From an uncultured Alphaproteobacteria bacterium (GTDB lineage Bacteria > Pseudomonadota > Alphaproteobacteria > RF32 > CAG-239), in NCBI GenBank assembly GCA_944390455.1, contig CALXPU010000001.1, positions 72,620 to 136,619 on the forward strand: 64,000 bases of DNA, in the 5' to 3' direction. The notes under the pieces were generated by a model. The model was not told the DNA's origin. It ran no database searches and saw nothing but the letters and a program-made list of their open reading frames with translations. Shown here in pieces: positions 9,612-18,637 of this stretch (position 1 is its first letter; every line of letters starts with the position of its first letter). Made by a program: the position numbers and the translations under genes.

Positions 9612-10637
9612 ATGAAGAAAAGTTACGTTTATAAATCGGTAGCTCTACACATTGCAGTTGTTCTGCTTTGTGTTTTTGATATACCTTTTTTAACGCATAA
9701 ACGTGACTTTGATGAGCAACCTCCTATTATTGTTGATTTAGAAAATATAAAAATCACAGACACAACAAATATTCCCGAAAAAGCTGTTAGAGGAAAAGAA
9801 CGCAAACCAGCTACCCGTAAAGAAAAACCGATTGAAGAAAACTTTACGCAGAAAAAAGAAGAACCTAAAACAGAACCCAAACCAGTGGAACCAAAGCCTG
9901 AGCCTGAAATTAAAGCTCCGGAAATCAAGGCTCCGGCGTTAATTGAAGAAGCGCCCAAAGAGGAAATTAAGAAAGAAGAACCTAAAAAAGAATCTAACGA
10001 ACCAATAAAAGAAAAGAAGAAACCTGCGCCTATTCCTCAGAAAAAGCCGCAAGTTAAACCCAAACCGAAACCTGATCAACCTAAAAAAGCAAATAATAAT
10101 TCTGCAAACAGTGCTCCGGCCTCTTCAGCAAAATCTAAAAAAACGAATGTTCGCAGTACAAATCCGCTACAAAGTTTAATGAACTCTGTTGACGATTTGC
10201 AAAAACAAATCGGTGAAGAAGATGCTCCGGCACAAGTTCCAGAGGATGAGCCAGTCAATAATCTTGGTATTGAGGGTGGAAACAGCAAAGGCTCTTACTT
10301 CAGCGAGTTATCCGTTTCCGGTATGGATTTTGTAAAATCTAAGATACAAGAATCTTGGAAAACAATTGCCGGCGGTAAAGATGACCGCAACATTGAGGTT
10401 GTTATTAACGTTAAACTTACTAAAGAAGGACTTATTCAATCTGTTGATATTGAGGATATGTCTAGGTACCGCTCTGATACATATTTCCAGGCTTTGGCAG
10501 ATAGCGCTGAACGTGCAATTTATATTGCGCAAGAAGTTCACGGTGTCTTTAAAGTTTTATCTGCTCAAAACGGTTCAAACTATAATGATTGGAAAGAAAT
10601 ACGCTTTACTTTCACGCCTTTAGGATTGACGAAGTAA
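9612..10637 (+). CDS. tolA: TolA-like protein with Lys/Pro/Glu-rich linker
   Basis: N-terminal TM anchor, long KPEPE/KKPxP low-complexity linker, C-terminal globular domain. Position after tolQR. Confidence 0.75.
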   Translation: MKKSYVYKSVALHIAVVLLCVFDIPFLTHKRDFDEQPPIIVDLENIKITDTTNIPEKAVRGKERKPATRKEKPIEENFTQKKEEPKTEPKPVEPKPEPEIKAPEIKAPALIEEAPKEEIKKEEPKKESNEPIKEKKKPAPIPQKKPQVKPKPKPDQPKKANNNSANSAPASSAKSKKTNVRSTNPLQSLMNSVDDLQKQIGEEDAPAQVPEDEPVNNLGIEGGNSKGSYFSELSVSGMDFVKSKIQESWKTIAGGKDDRNIEVVINVKLTKEGLIQSVDIEDMSRYRSDTYFQALADSAERAIYIAQEVHGVFKVLSAQNGSNYNDWKEIRFTFTPLGLTK

Positions 10638-10650
10638 TTACTTTGATAAT

Positions 10651-11262
10651 CTATATATTTAGGCGATAGCCGTTGTTTTCCGTTAAAATTAGCTGACTTC
10701 CACCTTCTTGCTCAACTTTTTGGCGCAGGCGATATATATGCGTTTCAATGGTATGGGTTGTTACATCTGCACAGTACCCCCAAACGTTTTCCAATAAATC
10801 TTCTTTACTTACGCAATCTGGAGCATTTTGATATAAATATTTCAAAATTATAACTTCTTTTTCTGTCAGCTTTATCAATTTACCATTAGTTTGAATTTCT
10901 ATTTCTTTTTTGGCCGGATATAAGTGATATTCCTTAAAACTAATACACTCTTTGCGACGGATTTTAGGCAACAATGTTCCTTCTTCAAAATCGTGTAAAA
11001 ATTTATCTAAGCGAAAAGGTTTTCTTATAACCATATCCGACGCTTCAAAAACATCTGTATGAGATGAGAAAAGAATAATCGGCGTTTCTTTATTTTGCTC
11101 TCTAATTGAATTTATTATTTCTTTATCTTCATCAACCAGTATAATCTCTGCATCTTTATCTGGTGTTTCGGTTATCTCTATTTCTGGTTCTATTAATTTT
11201 ATTTGCCCCATCAAATCTTCTGCAAATGCTTTATTTTTTGAATAAATACTTATTTTTTTCAT
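10651..11262 (-). CDS. atypical OmpR-family winged-helix regulator (receiver-like N-domain lacking the acidic Asp pair)
   Basis: C-terminal ...LTEKEVIILKYLYQNAPDCVSKEDLLENVWGY...THTIETHIYRLRQK is an OmpR/PhoB trans_reg_C domain. The N-terminus has the receiver fold hallmarks (VDED, SSHTD, RKPF), but the beta1 DD pair is replaced by SKNK. It overlaps the downstream porin gene by ATGA. Confidence 0.7.
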   Translation of the reverse strand: MKKISIYSKNKAFAEDLMGQIKLIEPEIEITETPDKDAEIILVDEDKEIINSIREQNKETPIILFSSHTDVFEASDMVIRKPFRLDKFLHDFEEGTLLPKIRRKECISFKEYHLYPAKKEIEIQTNGKLIKLTEKEVIILKYLYQNAPDCVSKEDLLENVWGYCADVTTHTIETHIYRLRQKVEQEGGSQLILTENNGYRLNI

Positions 11263-12362
11263 ATTGCTAACTCCAGCCCAAAGATAAAGGCATATCCTTT
11301 ACTGTTGTTCTCTATATCGTTATCATCTCCTTCCGCTTTTAAATGTGCAGCCGTAAGGGATAATGTGATATATTTGTTGTATTGGTAGCTGTTCGAAAAA
11401 CTGATAATTTCATCTTTATTATTTGTTCTTTTAGCTTCTGACACAAAATATGAAATCCCTGTTGTAAAAGGTCCTATTTCATAACTTAGTCCTATATTGT
11501 AAGCATCTCCTTCTCGGTACGAATCGTAGAGGTTTTCTTTATCAAGCCCATAGTGCTTTGTGTCTGCTTCTGTATGACGGTAAGAACCACCTAATGTCCA
11601 CCCTTTACGGTAAATACTGATTCCTGCGGAATATTCCGTATCATTATTTTCAAAATCAGCGTACCCCAAAGATGTTTCCACCTCATATCCAAGAACATCC
11701 CACACTCCGTAAGCGCCTAAAATATAAGCTTCATCATCTTTATAAGGTGCCTCTTTTGCAACAAGACCTGTTTGACTGTATGTCTTGGGAACATAGGTCG
11801 CTCCCAATTTTATTCCTTGCCATGATGGTGTTACATAACTGATTTTGGGCGATACTCCATCTGTATTGATATAAGTGGAATTAAGCGTTTTATATCGAGC
11901 ATCGTGTCCTTTTTTATACCAATTCGGGTTTGCGATAAAATTAACTAAATCCGTATTGTTGGTACGATAATATCCGATATTGGGCGCGCCTACGGCGAAT
12001 TCATAAGCTACGTTATTTTTTTGCCCGACAGAAAATTCTCCATACGGAGTTTCCGTTAATAAATAAACCTCTTCTCCCCATATTCCTTGGTTGTAATTTT
12101 CAACTTCTTTTGCTGTATCTGCCATCAAATAGCCGACAAGAGATGTTGCATAATCCTCATTAAATTCGTAGGTTACTCGCCCATAGAAGTTAAATGATGA
12201 GTTCATGTTATTTTGCTTATATAACTTATTATAAGGTTTTGCGTAATCTGTATATCCGTAAAAATTATTGAGAGATAAAGAATAATCTGTTTCTATCCCT
12301 TTTGCTTGCACTTCAAACGAACTTATAAGAAGACCTAATAAAAATAATGGGGAAATTTTCAT
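11259..12362 (-). CDS. outer-membrane porin (Rhizobiales Porin_2/RopA-Omp2-like beta-barrel)
   Basis: Signal peptide MKISPLFLLGLLISSFEVQA. 367 aa, rich in Y/G/N/T alternating strands, typical of alphaproteobacterial general porins. Confidence 0.65.
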   Translation of the reverse strand: MKISPLFLLGLLISSFEVQAKGIETDYSLSLNNFYGYTDYAKPYNKLYKQNNMNSSFNFYGRVTYEFNEDYATSLVGYLMADTAKEVENYNQGIWGEEVYLLTETPYGEFSVGQKNNVAYEFAVGAPNIGYYRTNNTDLVNFIANPNWYKKGHDARYKTLNSTYINTDGVSPKISYVTPSWQGIKLGATYVPKTYSQTGLVAKEAPYKDDEAYILGAYGVWDVLGYEVETSLGYADFENNDTEYSAGISIYRKGWTLGGSYRHTEADTKHYGLDKENLYDSYREGDAYNIGLSYEIGPFTTGISYFVSEAKRTNNKDEIISFSNSYQYNKYITLSLTAAHLKAEGDDNDIENNSKGYAFIFGLELAI

Positions 12363-12535
12363 CTGTTTTTCCTAGAAATATTTTCTCTTGGTGCTAAATA
12401 TAGAACTATCTTTCTGTCTTAACAAGACTAATATTGTTTATAACCTAAAAAATTCTGGATAAATATAATGCTTTTTGCTTTAACTTGACTTATATGTTAA
12501 GTAAAATGCAGTAAAAAATATATGGAGTAAATATA

Positions 12536-14065
12536 ATGCAAAAACCTGTTATGCTTTTAATTTTAGACGGTTGGGGATACCGCGAACAAACTACAAATGA
12601 TAATGCAATTGAGCAAGGACATACGCCGAATTGGCATTCTTTATTAAAAACTTGTCCTCATTGCTTTATTGAAACTTCCGGTTATGACGTTGGTCTTCCT
12701 GATGGTCAAATGGGAAACTCTGAAGTTGGACATACAAATTTAGGTGCTGGTCGTGTGGTTATGCAAGATTTGCCTAAAATTGATTTGGCTATTAAAGATG
12801 GTTCTCTTGAAAAGAATCCGACACTTGTTGAAATGATTAATAAATTAAAAGAAACCAAAGGTGCTTGTCATTTAATGGGTTTGATGTCTCCGGGAGGGGT
12901 TCACTCACATCAGAAACATATTGAGGCTATGTGTGAAATATTGCATAAAAACAATATTCCTGTTCATGTACATGCCTTTTTAGACGGCAGAGATACTCCT
13001 CCGCAATCTGCTAAAGACTTTTTGGCTGATTTTGAACAAAATATTAGACATTTATCTGATGTAAAAGTTGCTACAATTTCCGGTCGTTTTTATGCTATGG
13101 ATAGAGATAAACGATGGGATAGAGTTGAAAAAGCTTATAACAATATTGTTTTAGCAGACGGTCAGCGTTTTGCATCTTCTCAAGATGCTATTGTCGCTTC
13201 TTATAACAATGGTGTTACCGATGAATTTGTAATCCCTGCTGTTATTGGCGATTATCAAGGCGCTAAAGACGGCGATGCTGTTTTGATGATTAACTTTAGA
13301 GCTGATAGAGCTAGAGAAATCTTATACGCTTTAGGCGATAAGGAATTTTCAGGCTTTGAAAGAAAGAAAATCATTAATTTTGCTGAACTCGTTGGTATGG
13401 TTGAATATTCTGTTGATCATAATCGTTTTATGAAGACAATTTTTGCACCGGAAGCTTTGAAAAATATTTTTGGTGAAGTTGTTGCAAACCATGGTTTAAC
13501 ACAATTACGAATCGCTGAAACTGAAAAATATGCTCACGTTACTTTCTTCTTCAACGGTGGTGAAGAAAAAGAATTTAAAGGTGAAGACCGTATTCTTATC
13601 AACAGTCCGAAAGTTGCTACTTATGACTTAAAGCCAGAAATGAGCGTTTATGAAGTTACAGAAGCACTTACTGATGCAATTGAAAAGCAAAAATATGATG
13701 TCATCATTTGCAACTTTGCTAACGGCGATATGGTTGGTCATACAGGTATTATGGAAGCTGCTCTTAAAGCTGTTGCAGCTGTTGATGATTGTTTGGGTAA
13801 GGTTATGAAAGCTATTAAAGACGTTGACGGAGTACTCTTTGTTACTGCCGACCATGGAAACGTTGAAAAAATGGTTGATGAAAAAACAGGTGAGCCATAT
13901 ACCGCTCATACAGTTGGTAAAGTTCAAGCCGTTCTATATAATGCAGAACCTCCTGTAAAAGGATTAAATAACGGTAGATTGGCTGATGTATCTCCAACAC
14001 TTTTGGATTTGATGGGCATTGAACAACCTCAAGAAATGACCGGAAAATCTTTAATTATTAAATAG
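12536..14065 (+). CDS. gpmI: 2,3-bisphosphoglycerate-independent phosphoglycerate mutase
   Basis: LLILDGWG N-terminus, catalytic-Ser region GNSEVGHTNLGAGR, C-terminal TADHGN. Confidence 0.93.
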   Translation: MQKPVMLLILDGWGYREQTTNDNAIEQGHTPNWHSLLKTCPHCFIETSGYDVGLPDGQMGNSEVGHTNLGAGRVVMQDLPKIDLAIKDGSLEKNPTLVEMINKLKETKGACHLMGLMSPGGVHSHQKHIEAMCEILHKNNIPVHVHAFLDGRDTPPQSAKDFLADFEQNIRHLSDVKVATISGRFYAMDRDKRWDRVEKAYNNIVLADGQRFASSQDAIVASYNNGVTDEFVIPAVIGDYQGAKDGDAVLMINFRADRAREILYALGDKEFSGFERKKIINFAELVGMVEYSVDHNRFMKTIFAPEALKNIFGEVVANHGLTQLRIAETEKYAHVTFFFNGGEEKEFKGEDRILINSPKVATYDLKPEMSVYEVTEALTDAIEKQKYDVIICNFANGDMVGHTGIMEAALKAVAAVDDCLGKVMKAIKDVDGVLFVTADHGNVEKMVDEKTGEPYTAHTVGKVQAVLYNAEPPVKGLNNGRLADVSPTLLDLMGIEQPQEMTGKSLIIK

Positions 14066-14072
14066 GATTTAT

Positions 14073-15320
14073 ATGAGACGGATATGTATCTTTAGTATGG
14101 TTTTATCTCTTTTAGGAGTAAATTGTATCTATTGCAATTTAAGCCATGCTAAAGATGTATCCGAAACAGATGTTAAAAGAATAGAGGCGGAAGCCAGAAA
14201 GAAAAGTATCGAATCCAGACAACTACAAGCCAAAGCGCTACAACTTAACCTTGAGCTTTCTAAGATAGATAAAACAGTTATTAATTTGGCTCAAGAAATT
14301 CAAAATAATGAAGATAAAATTTCGGAACTTGAAAATAGGTTAGTTGCCTTAAAAGGAGATTTAACACTTAAAGAAGCAGCTTTTGCTAAAGAAAATCAAT
14401 CATTAGTTCAGACCTTAGCTTCTTTACAGAACATGTCATTAAATCCTTCTGAAGCTGTTATTTTACAACCTATTTCTCCTGTTGATGTTATCAGAAGCGC
14501 TATTTTGCTACGTGAGACTGTTCCTTTTTTGAATAATAAATCATCCAAGCTAAAAACAGATTTAGATGCAATTTATACTCAAAAAAGACAAATAGAAACC
14601 ACGGTTGAAGAAACAAAAAACAGCCAGAAGAAACTTGAAAAACAGCAAAAAGAAATGCGTTCTCTTATGCAGAAAAAAGCAGGTATGCGCAAAGTATTGG
14701 AAACAAGAGGCGCTGAAACACAAAAAGAAGCTGAAACCTTAGCTTCTAAAGCAAAAGATTTAAGAGATTTATTGGTTAAACTTGAAAAGCAAAAAGAACT
14801 TGCGCGTAAGAAGCAAGAAGAGGCCGAGCGTTTAGCTGCGTTAAAAAGACAGGAAGAAATGAAGAAATTAAATACTCAGCAGCGTACAATTTCTCAAAAA
14901 GAACATGCTTCGATTAAGCAAAAAGTTAAAGGCGGGCGTTTTGCTCGTGCTAAAGGGACTCTTTCACGACCGGTTCGTGGAAATATTATTACTGAATATG
15001 GGCAACCTTTGTCTAAAGGAGTTACATCTAAGGGAATCGTTTATAAAACACGTCCAAATGCTCAGGTTATTTCTCTTTATGATGGAACAGTTATTTTTTC
15101 CGGTCCTTTTAAAGGATATGGTAATATTATTATTGTAGAACATGGTGATGGATACTTGTCTCTTCTCGCCGGTTTAGGCGTAATTGACTGCGAATTAGGG
15201 CAGATGCTTTTGGCCGGCGAACCTGTCGGAACAATGCCGGATTCTTCTAATGCTAAGCTCTATGTTGAAATCAGAAAAGACAGGCATCCGATAAATCCAA
15301 CACCTTGGATTGCCAGCTAA
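14073..15320 (+). CDS. M23 family peptidase with long coiled-coil (EnvC-like murein hydrolase activator)
   Basis: Signal peptide, ~250 aa of heptad-rich Q/K/E/L coiled coil, C-terminal LytM/M23 domain (...GYGNIIIVEHGDGYLSLLAG...). The gpmI-envC-ctpA order is conserved in alphaproteobacteria. Confidence 0.8.
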   Translation: MRRICIFSMVLSLLGVNCIYCNLSHAKDVSETDVKRIEAEARKKSIESRQLQAKALQLNLELSKIDKTVINLAQEIQNNEDKISELENRLVALKGDLTLKEAAFAKENQSLVQTLASLQNMSLNPSEAVILQPISPVDVIRSAILLRETVPFLNNKSSKLKTDLDAIYTQKRQIETTVEETKNSQKKLEKQQKEMRSLMQKKAGMRKVLETRGAETQKEAETLASKAKDLRDLLVKLEKQKELARKKQEEAERLAALKRQEEMKKLNTQQRTISQKEHASIKQKVKGGRFARAKGTLSRPVRGNIITEYGQPLSKGVTSKGIVYKTRPNAQVISLYDGTVIFSGPFKGYGNIIIVEHGDGYLSLLAGLGVIDCELGQMLLAGEPVGTMPDSSNAKLYVEIRKDRHPINPTPWIAS

Positions 15321-15326
15321 TTTTAT

Positions 15327-16631
15327 TTGATAGGAATGGTTATGAAAAAAAATAAATTATTGTTTGTCGCTTTATTTGCAGGGCTGTTCTTAAGCATTGC
15401 AGATGTTCACGCCGCGAAAAAAGATGATGAAAATGCTAACACATATGAATTATTGAATTTGTTTGGCGAAGTTATGGAAAGAGCTAAATTAAATTATGTT
15501 GAAGAAGTTAGCGACAAAAAGCTTATCGAATCGGCCATTAATGGAATGTTGACGTCTCTAGACCCTCACTCCAGCTATTTGGATGCCGAAAGCTTTAATT
15601 ATATGAACGAGCAGACTAAAGGAAAATTCGGGGGCTTGGGTATTGAAGTAACTATGGATAATGGGCTTGTTAAAGTTGTTTCCCCTATTGACGATACCCC
15701 CGCAGCTAAGGCTGGTATTAAGGCTGGTGACTATATTACTCATATTAACGGAGAAACAGTTGTTGGCATGTCTTTAAATGACGCGGTTAGCAAGATGCGT
15801 GGTAAAGTTGGTGAAAAAGTTAAATTATCTATCAGACGTATTAACTCTAAACCGATTGAATTAACCATCAAAAGACAAGAAATTAAAATTCAATCCGTTA
15901 AAAGCGAAATAAAAGATGATTCTATTGCTTACATTAGAATTTCTTCTTTTACAGAAGATGTTGACGATGCTGTTAATAAGGCTATTACTGACGCTAAAAA
16001 GAAATTAAAGAATAAACTATTGGGAATCGTCATTGATGTTAGAAACAATCCAGGTGGATTGTTGGATCAAGCAGTTGATGTTTCCGATTTATTCTTAGAA
16101 AAAGGAGAAATTGTATCTACTCGTTCCAGAAACGAAAGCGATACTGTTAAATTTATGGCTAATGAAGGGGATGTTGCGAAGGGATTACCTATCGTAGTTA
16201 TGATTAACGAAGGATCTGCTTCTGCTTCAGAAATTCTTGCCGGAGCATTACAAGATCATCATAGAGCTATTATCTTAGGGGAAAGATCTTTTGGTAAAGG
16301 TTCCGTACAAACCGTTATTCCTCTTAGAGATTATGGCGCAATGAGATTAACCACTGCTAGATATTATACTCCTTCCGGACGCTCTATTCAAGCTAAGGGT
16401 ATTGAACCAGATATTGAAGTTAAGCCGGCAAAAGTTGAAGAATTAGAATCTTATGCTTTGAATATCAGTGAAGCTGATTTGAATAATGCTCTTAAAAATG
16501 ATAGCGATATTTCTACTGATTCAGAAAAAAAGAACGGTAAATCTAAAGAAGATTTAGCGGACTATCAATTGGTTCGTGCTCTTGATTTGGTTAAAGCTTT
16601 GGCTTTATATTCAAAATCTGATGAAAATTAG
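15327..16631 (+). CDS. ctpA: carboxyl-terminal processing protease (S41A, PDZ-containing)
   Basis: PDZ region GGLGIEVTMDNGLVKVVSPIDDTPAAKAGIKAGD, catalytic region IVVMINEGSASASEILAGALQDHHRAIILGERSFGKG (Ser/Lys dyad). Confidence 0.9.
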   Translation: MIGMVMKKNKLLFVALFAGLFLSIADVHAAKKDDENANTYELLNLFGEVMERAKLNYVEEVSDKKLIESAINGMLTSLDPHSSYLDAESFNYMNEQTKGKFGGLGIEVTMDNGLVKVVSPIDDTPAAKAGIKAGDYITHINGETVVGMSLNDAVSKMRGKVGEKVKLSIRRINSKPIELTIKRQEIKIQSVKSEIKDDSIAYIRISSFTEDVDDAVNKAITDAKKKLKNKLLGIVIDVRNNPGGLLDQAVDVSDLFLEKGEIVSTRSRNESDTVKFMANEGDVAKGLPIVVMINEGSASASEILAGALQDHHRAIILGERSFGKGSVQTVIPLRDYGAMRLTTARYYTPSGRSIQAKGIEPDIEVKPAKVEELESYALNISEADLNNALKNDSDISTDSEKKNGKSKEDLADYQLVRALDLVKALALYSKSDEN

Positions 16632-16640
16632 GAGGTTATT

Positions 16641-17129
16641 TTGACGAAACATTTTAGACGCTGTGCCGGTGCTGTGGTTTTTAATTCCTCTGGGTTAGTT
16701 CTTTTGGGAAATCGTATAGATGTTCCTTCTGATAACTGGCAATTTCCTCAAGGTGGAATTGAAGCCGATGAATCTCCCCTTGTAGCGGCTAAAAGAGAAC
16801 TTGTAGAAGAGACGGGTGTATCCTCCGTTATTCCTATCTATACAGATGATATACCCTCTCGCTATGAGTTTACTGATGAAATTAAAAAGAAATTTCGTGA
16901 ACGTGGAATTTTTAATGACGGTCAAGATATTTATTTTTCTCTTTTTTTCTTTGTGGGCGACGAAAGTGAAATTAATTTAAATTTACCACATCCGGAATTT
17001 AAATCTTATTGTTGGGAAACTTTTGAATTTGCTGTAGCAAATATCATTGATTTCAAAAAAGAAGTTTATAACTCTGTGGCTCAGCGATTTGCGCCGCTTA
17101 TTTCGCAATATCTCCGCACCCACTCTTGA
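16641..17129 (+). CDS. rppH: RNA pyrophosphohydrolase (NUDIX; homolog of Bartonella IalA)
   Basis: NUDIX box GGIEADESPLVAAKRELVEETGV. Probably starts at TTG. Confidence 0.85.
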   Translation: MTKHFRRCAGAVVFNSSGLVLLGNRIDVPSDNWQFPQGGIEADESPLVAAKRELVEETGVSSVIPIYTDDIPSRYEFTDEIKKKFRERGIFNDGQDIYFSLFFFVGDESEINLNLPHPEFKSYCWETFEFAVANIIDFKKEVYNSVAQRFAPLISQYLRTHS

Positions 17130-17189
17130 TATTTTGTTTATCTTAACATAAATTTATGGAGTAATTGTTTTGGATTAAAGGAAGAAAAA

Positions 17190-17639
17190 ATGGGTAATTT
17201 GCCACAATTTAGAGATATTCAAATACCTGATGGTGTTTCCTTTTTCCCTATTGCTTATGGTTGGTGGGTTCTTTTACTTGCCACTATTCTTTTATTTATT
17301 AGCGTGAAATTTTTTATAAATTTTTGGAAAACTCGTAAAAAGTATTATTCATTAAAAAAATTGGAAGCGATTTCTACAGATAATCCTATACAAGCGGCAA
17401 TGGATATATCTGAACTTTTGCGTCGTATAAGTCTTGTAAAATATAGAAGTTCTTGCGCTTTATCTGGTCAAGAATGGATTGACTTTCTTAATCAACACAC
17501 ATCAACACCTCTTTCTCAAAAAAATGCTGAATTTTTATCTTTTGCTCCTTTCATGAGCCTCTCTGACACTCGTTATACCTCTGAAGATGCTAAGGAATTA
17601 AAGAATTTTTGTAAAAATTGGATTGGAGGCAACTTATGA
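17190..17639 (+). CDS. DUF4381-like single-pass membrane protein preceding batA
   Basis: N-terminal TM WWVLLLATILLFISVKFFI. Conserved position immediately upstream of BatA in Bat operons. Overlaps batA by 22 nt. Confidence 0.6.
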   Translation: MGNLPQFRDIQIPDGVSFFPIAYGWWVLLLATILLFISVKFFINFWKTRKKYYSLKKLEAISTDNPIQAAMDISELLRRISLVKYRSSCALSGQEWIDFLNQHTSTPLSQKNAEFLSFAPFMSLSDTRYTSEDAKELKNFCKNWIGGNL

Positions 17640-18637
17640 TTATTTTTGCCTACCCTAAATTATTTTTATTACTGCTGCTTCCTTTGTTGTTTTTTGTGAT
17701 TATTCCTCCTAAAAAACAACAATTTGGTGATGCCTTGAAAATTCCATTTTTAAATGATTTAAAAGCTATTAAAGACGATGCTTCTCATTCTAGATTTCAA
17801 ATAGCAAATAAATCTTTTAGCTCTTTTTTAAAATTTGTATATTTATTTCTTATCTGGACATTGTTAACCTTTACCGTTGCTCGTCCTCAATTGGTTGGAG
17901 AACCTTATCGACTTAATGCTAATAACCGTGATATTATGTTGGTTATAGATATTTCTACATCTATGCTTAATCCTGACTTTTCAACGCAAACTCGTCGTAT
18001 TGATCGTTTATCTGCCGTAAAAGCTGTTGTGAGCGCGTTTATTCAAAAACGTACAGACGATAAAATTGGACTTATTCTTTTTGGAACCAGAGCTTATTTA
18101 CAATCGCCTTTAACTTTTGATAGAAAGTCCGTGCAAGAAATTCTTTTAAATACAGATGCAGGAATGGCCGGACAATCTACTTCTATTGGCGATGCATTGG
18201 GTTTAGCTCTAAAAAATCTACGAAACGAAAAAAACAAAGAGAATAAAGTTATCATTCTTCTTTCTGATGGAGAAAGTAACGATGGTGCTCTTAGCATGGC
18301 TCAGGCTATTAATTTGGCAGAAAAAGAAGGAATTAAAGTCTATACTGTCGGTGTTGGTGCTGAAGCTAATTTTATTAATTCTTTATTTGGATTGAGAAAT
18401 AATGAATTAGATGAGAGAAGCCTAAAAACTCTTGCTCAACGAACTAAAGGTAATTATTTTAGAGCAACAGATTTAAATTCATTAGCTGAAATTTATAATC
18501 GCATTGATGCACTTGAGCCAGAGCAAACTGAAGGTACTTTTGTTCAAGATAAAACGGATTTATTCTATATTCCGTTATTGGCAGCTCTTGTTTTAGTTTT
18601 CTTTGGACTTTTCTTTTCTAGGAGTTTCGTAAAATGA
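17618..18637 (+). CDS. batA: VWA-domain aerotolerance protein BatA
   Basis: Two N-terminal TM helices, VWA domain with MIDAS DISTSM...LSDGESN, C-terminal TM. Confidence 0.8.
   Translation: MDWRQLMIIFAYPKLFLLLLLPLLFFVIIPPKKQQFGDALKIPFLNDLKAIKDDASHSRFQIANKSFSSFLKFVYLFLIWTLLTFTVARPQLVGEPYRLNANNRDIMLVIDISTSMLNPDFSTQTRRIDRLSAVKAVVSAFIQKRTDDKIGLILFGTRAYLQSPLTFDRKSVQEILLNTDAGMAGQSTSIGDALGLALKNLRNEKNKENKVIILLSDGESNDGALSMAQAINLAEKEGIKVYTVGVGAEANFINSLFGLRNNELDERSLKTLAQRTKGNYFRATDLNSLAEIYNRIDALEPEQTEGTFVQDKTDLFYIPLLAALVLVFFGLFFSRSFVK

Noticed and set aside
9792-10062. Repeat array in tolA (KPEPE/PKPKP repeats)
   Set aside because: This is the ordinary low-complexity proline/lysine-rich linker of TolA domain II. 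It is neither a DNA-level tandem repeat of note nor CRISPR-like.
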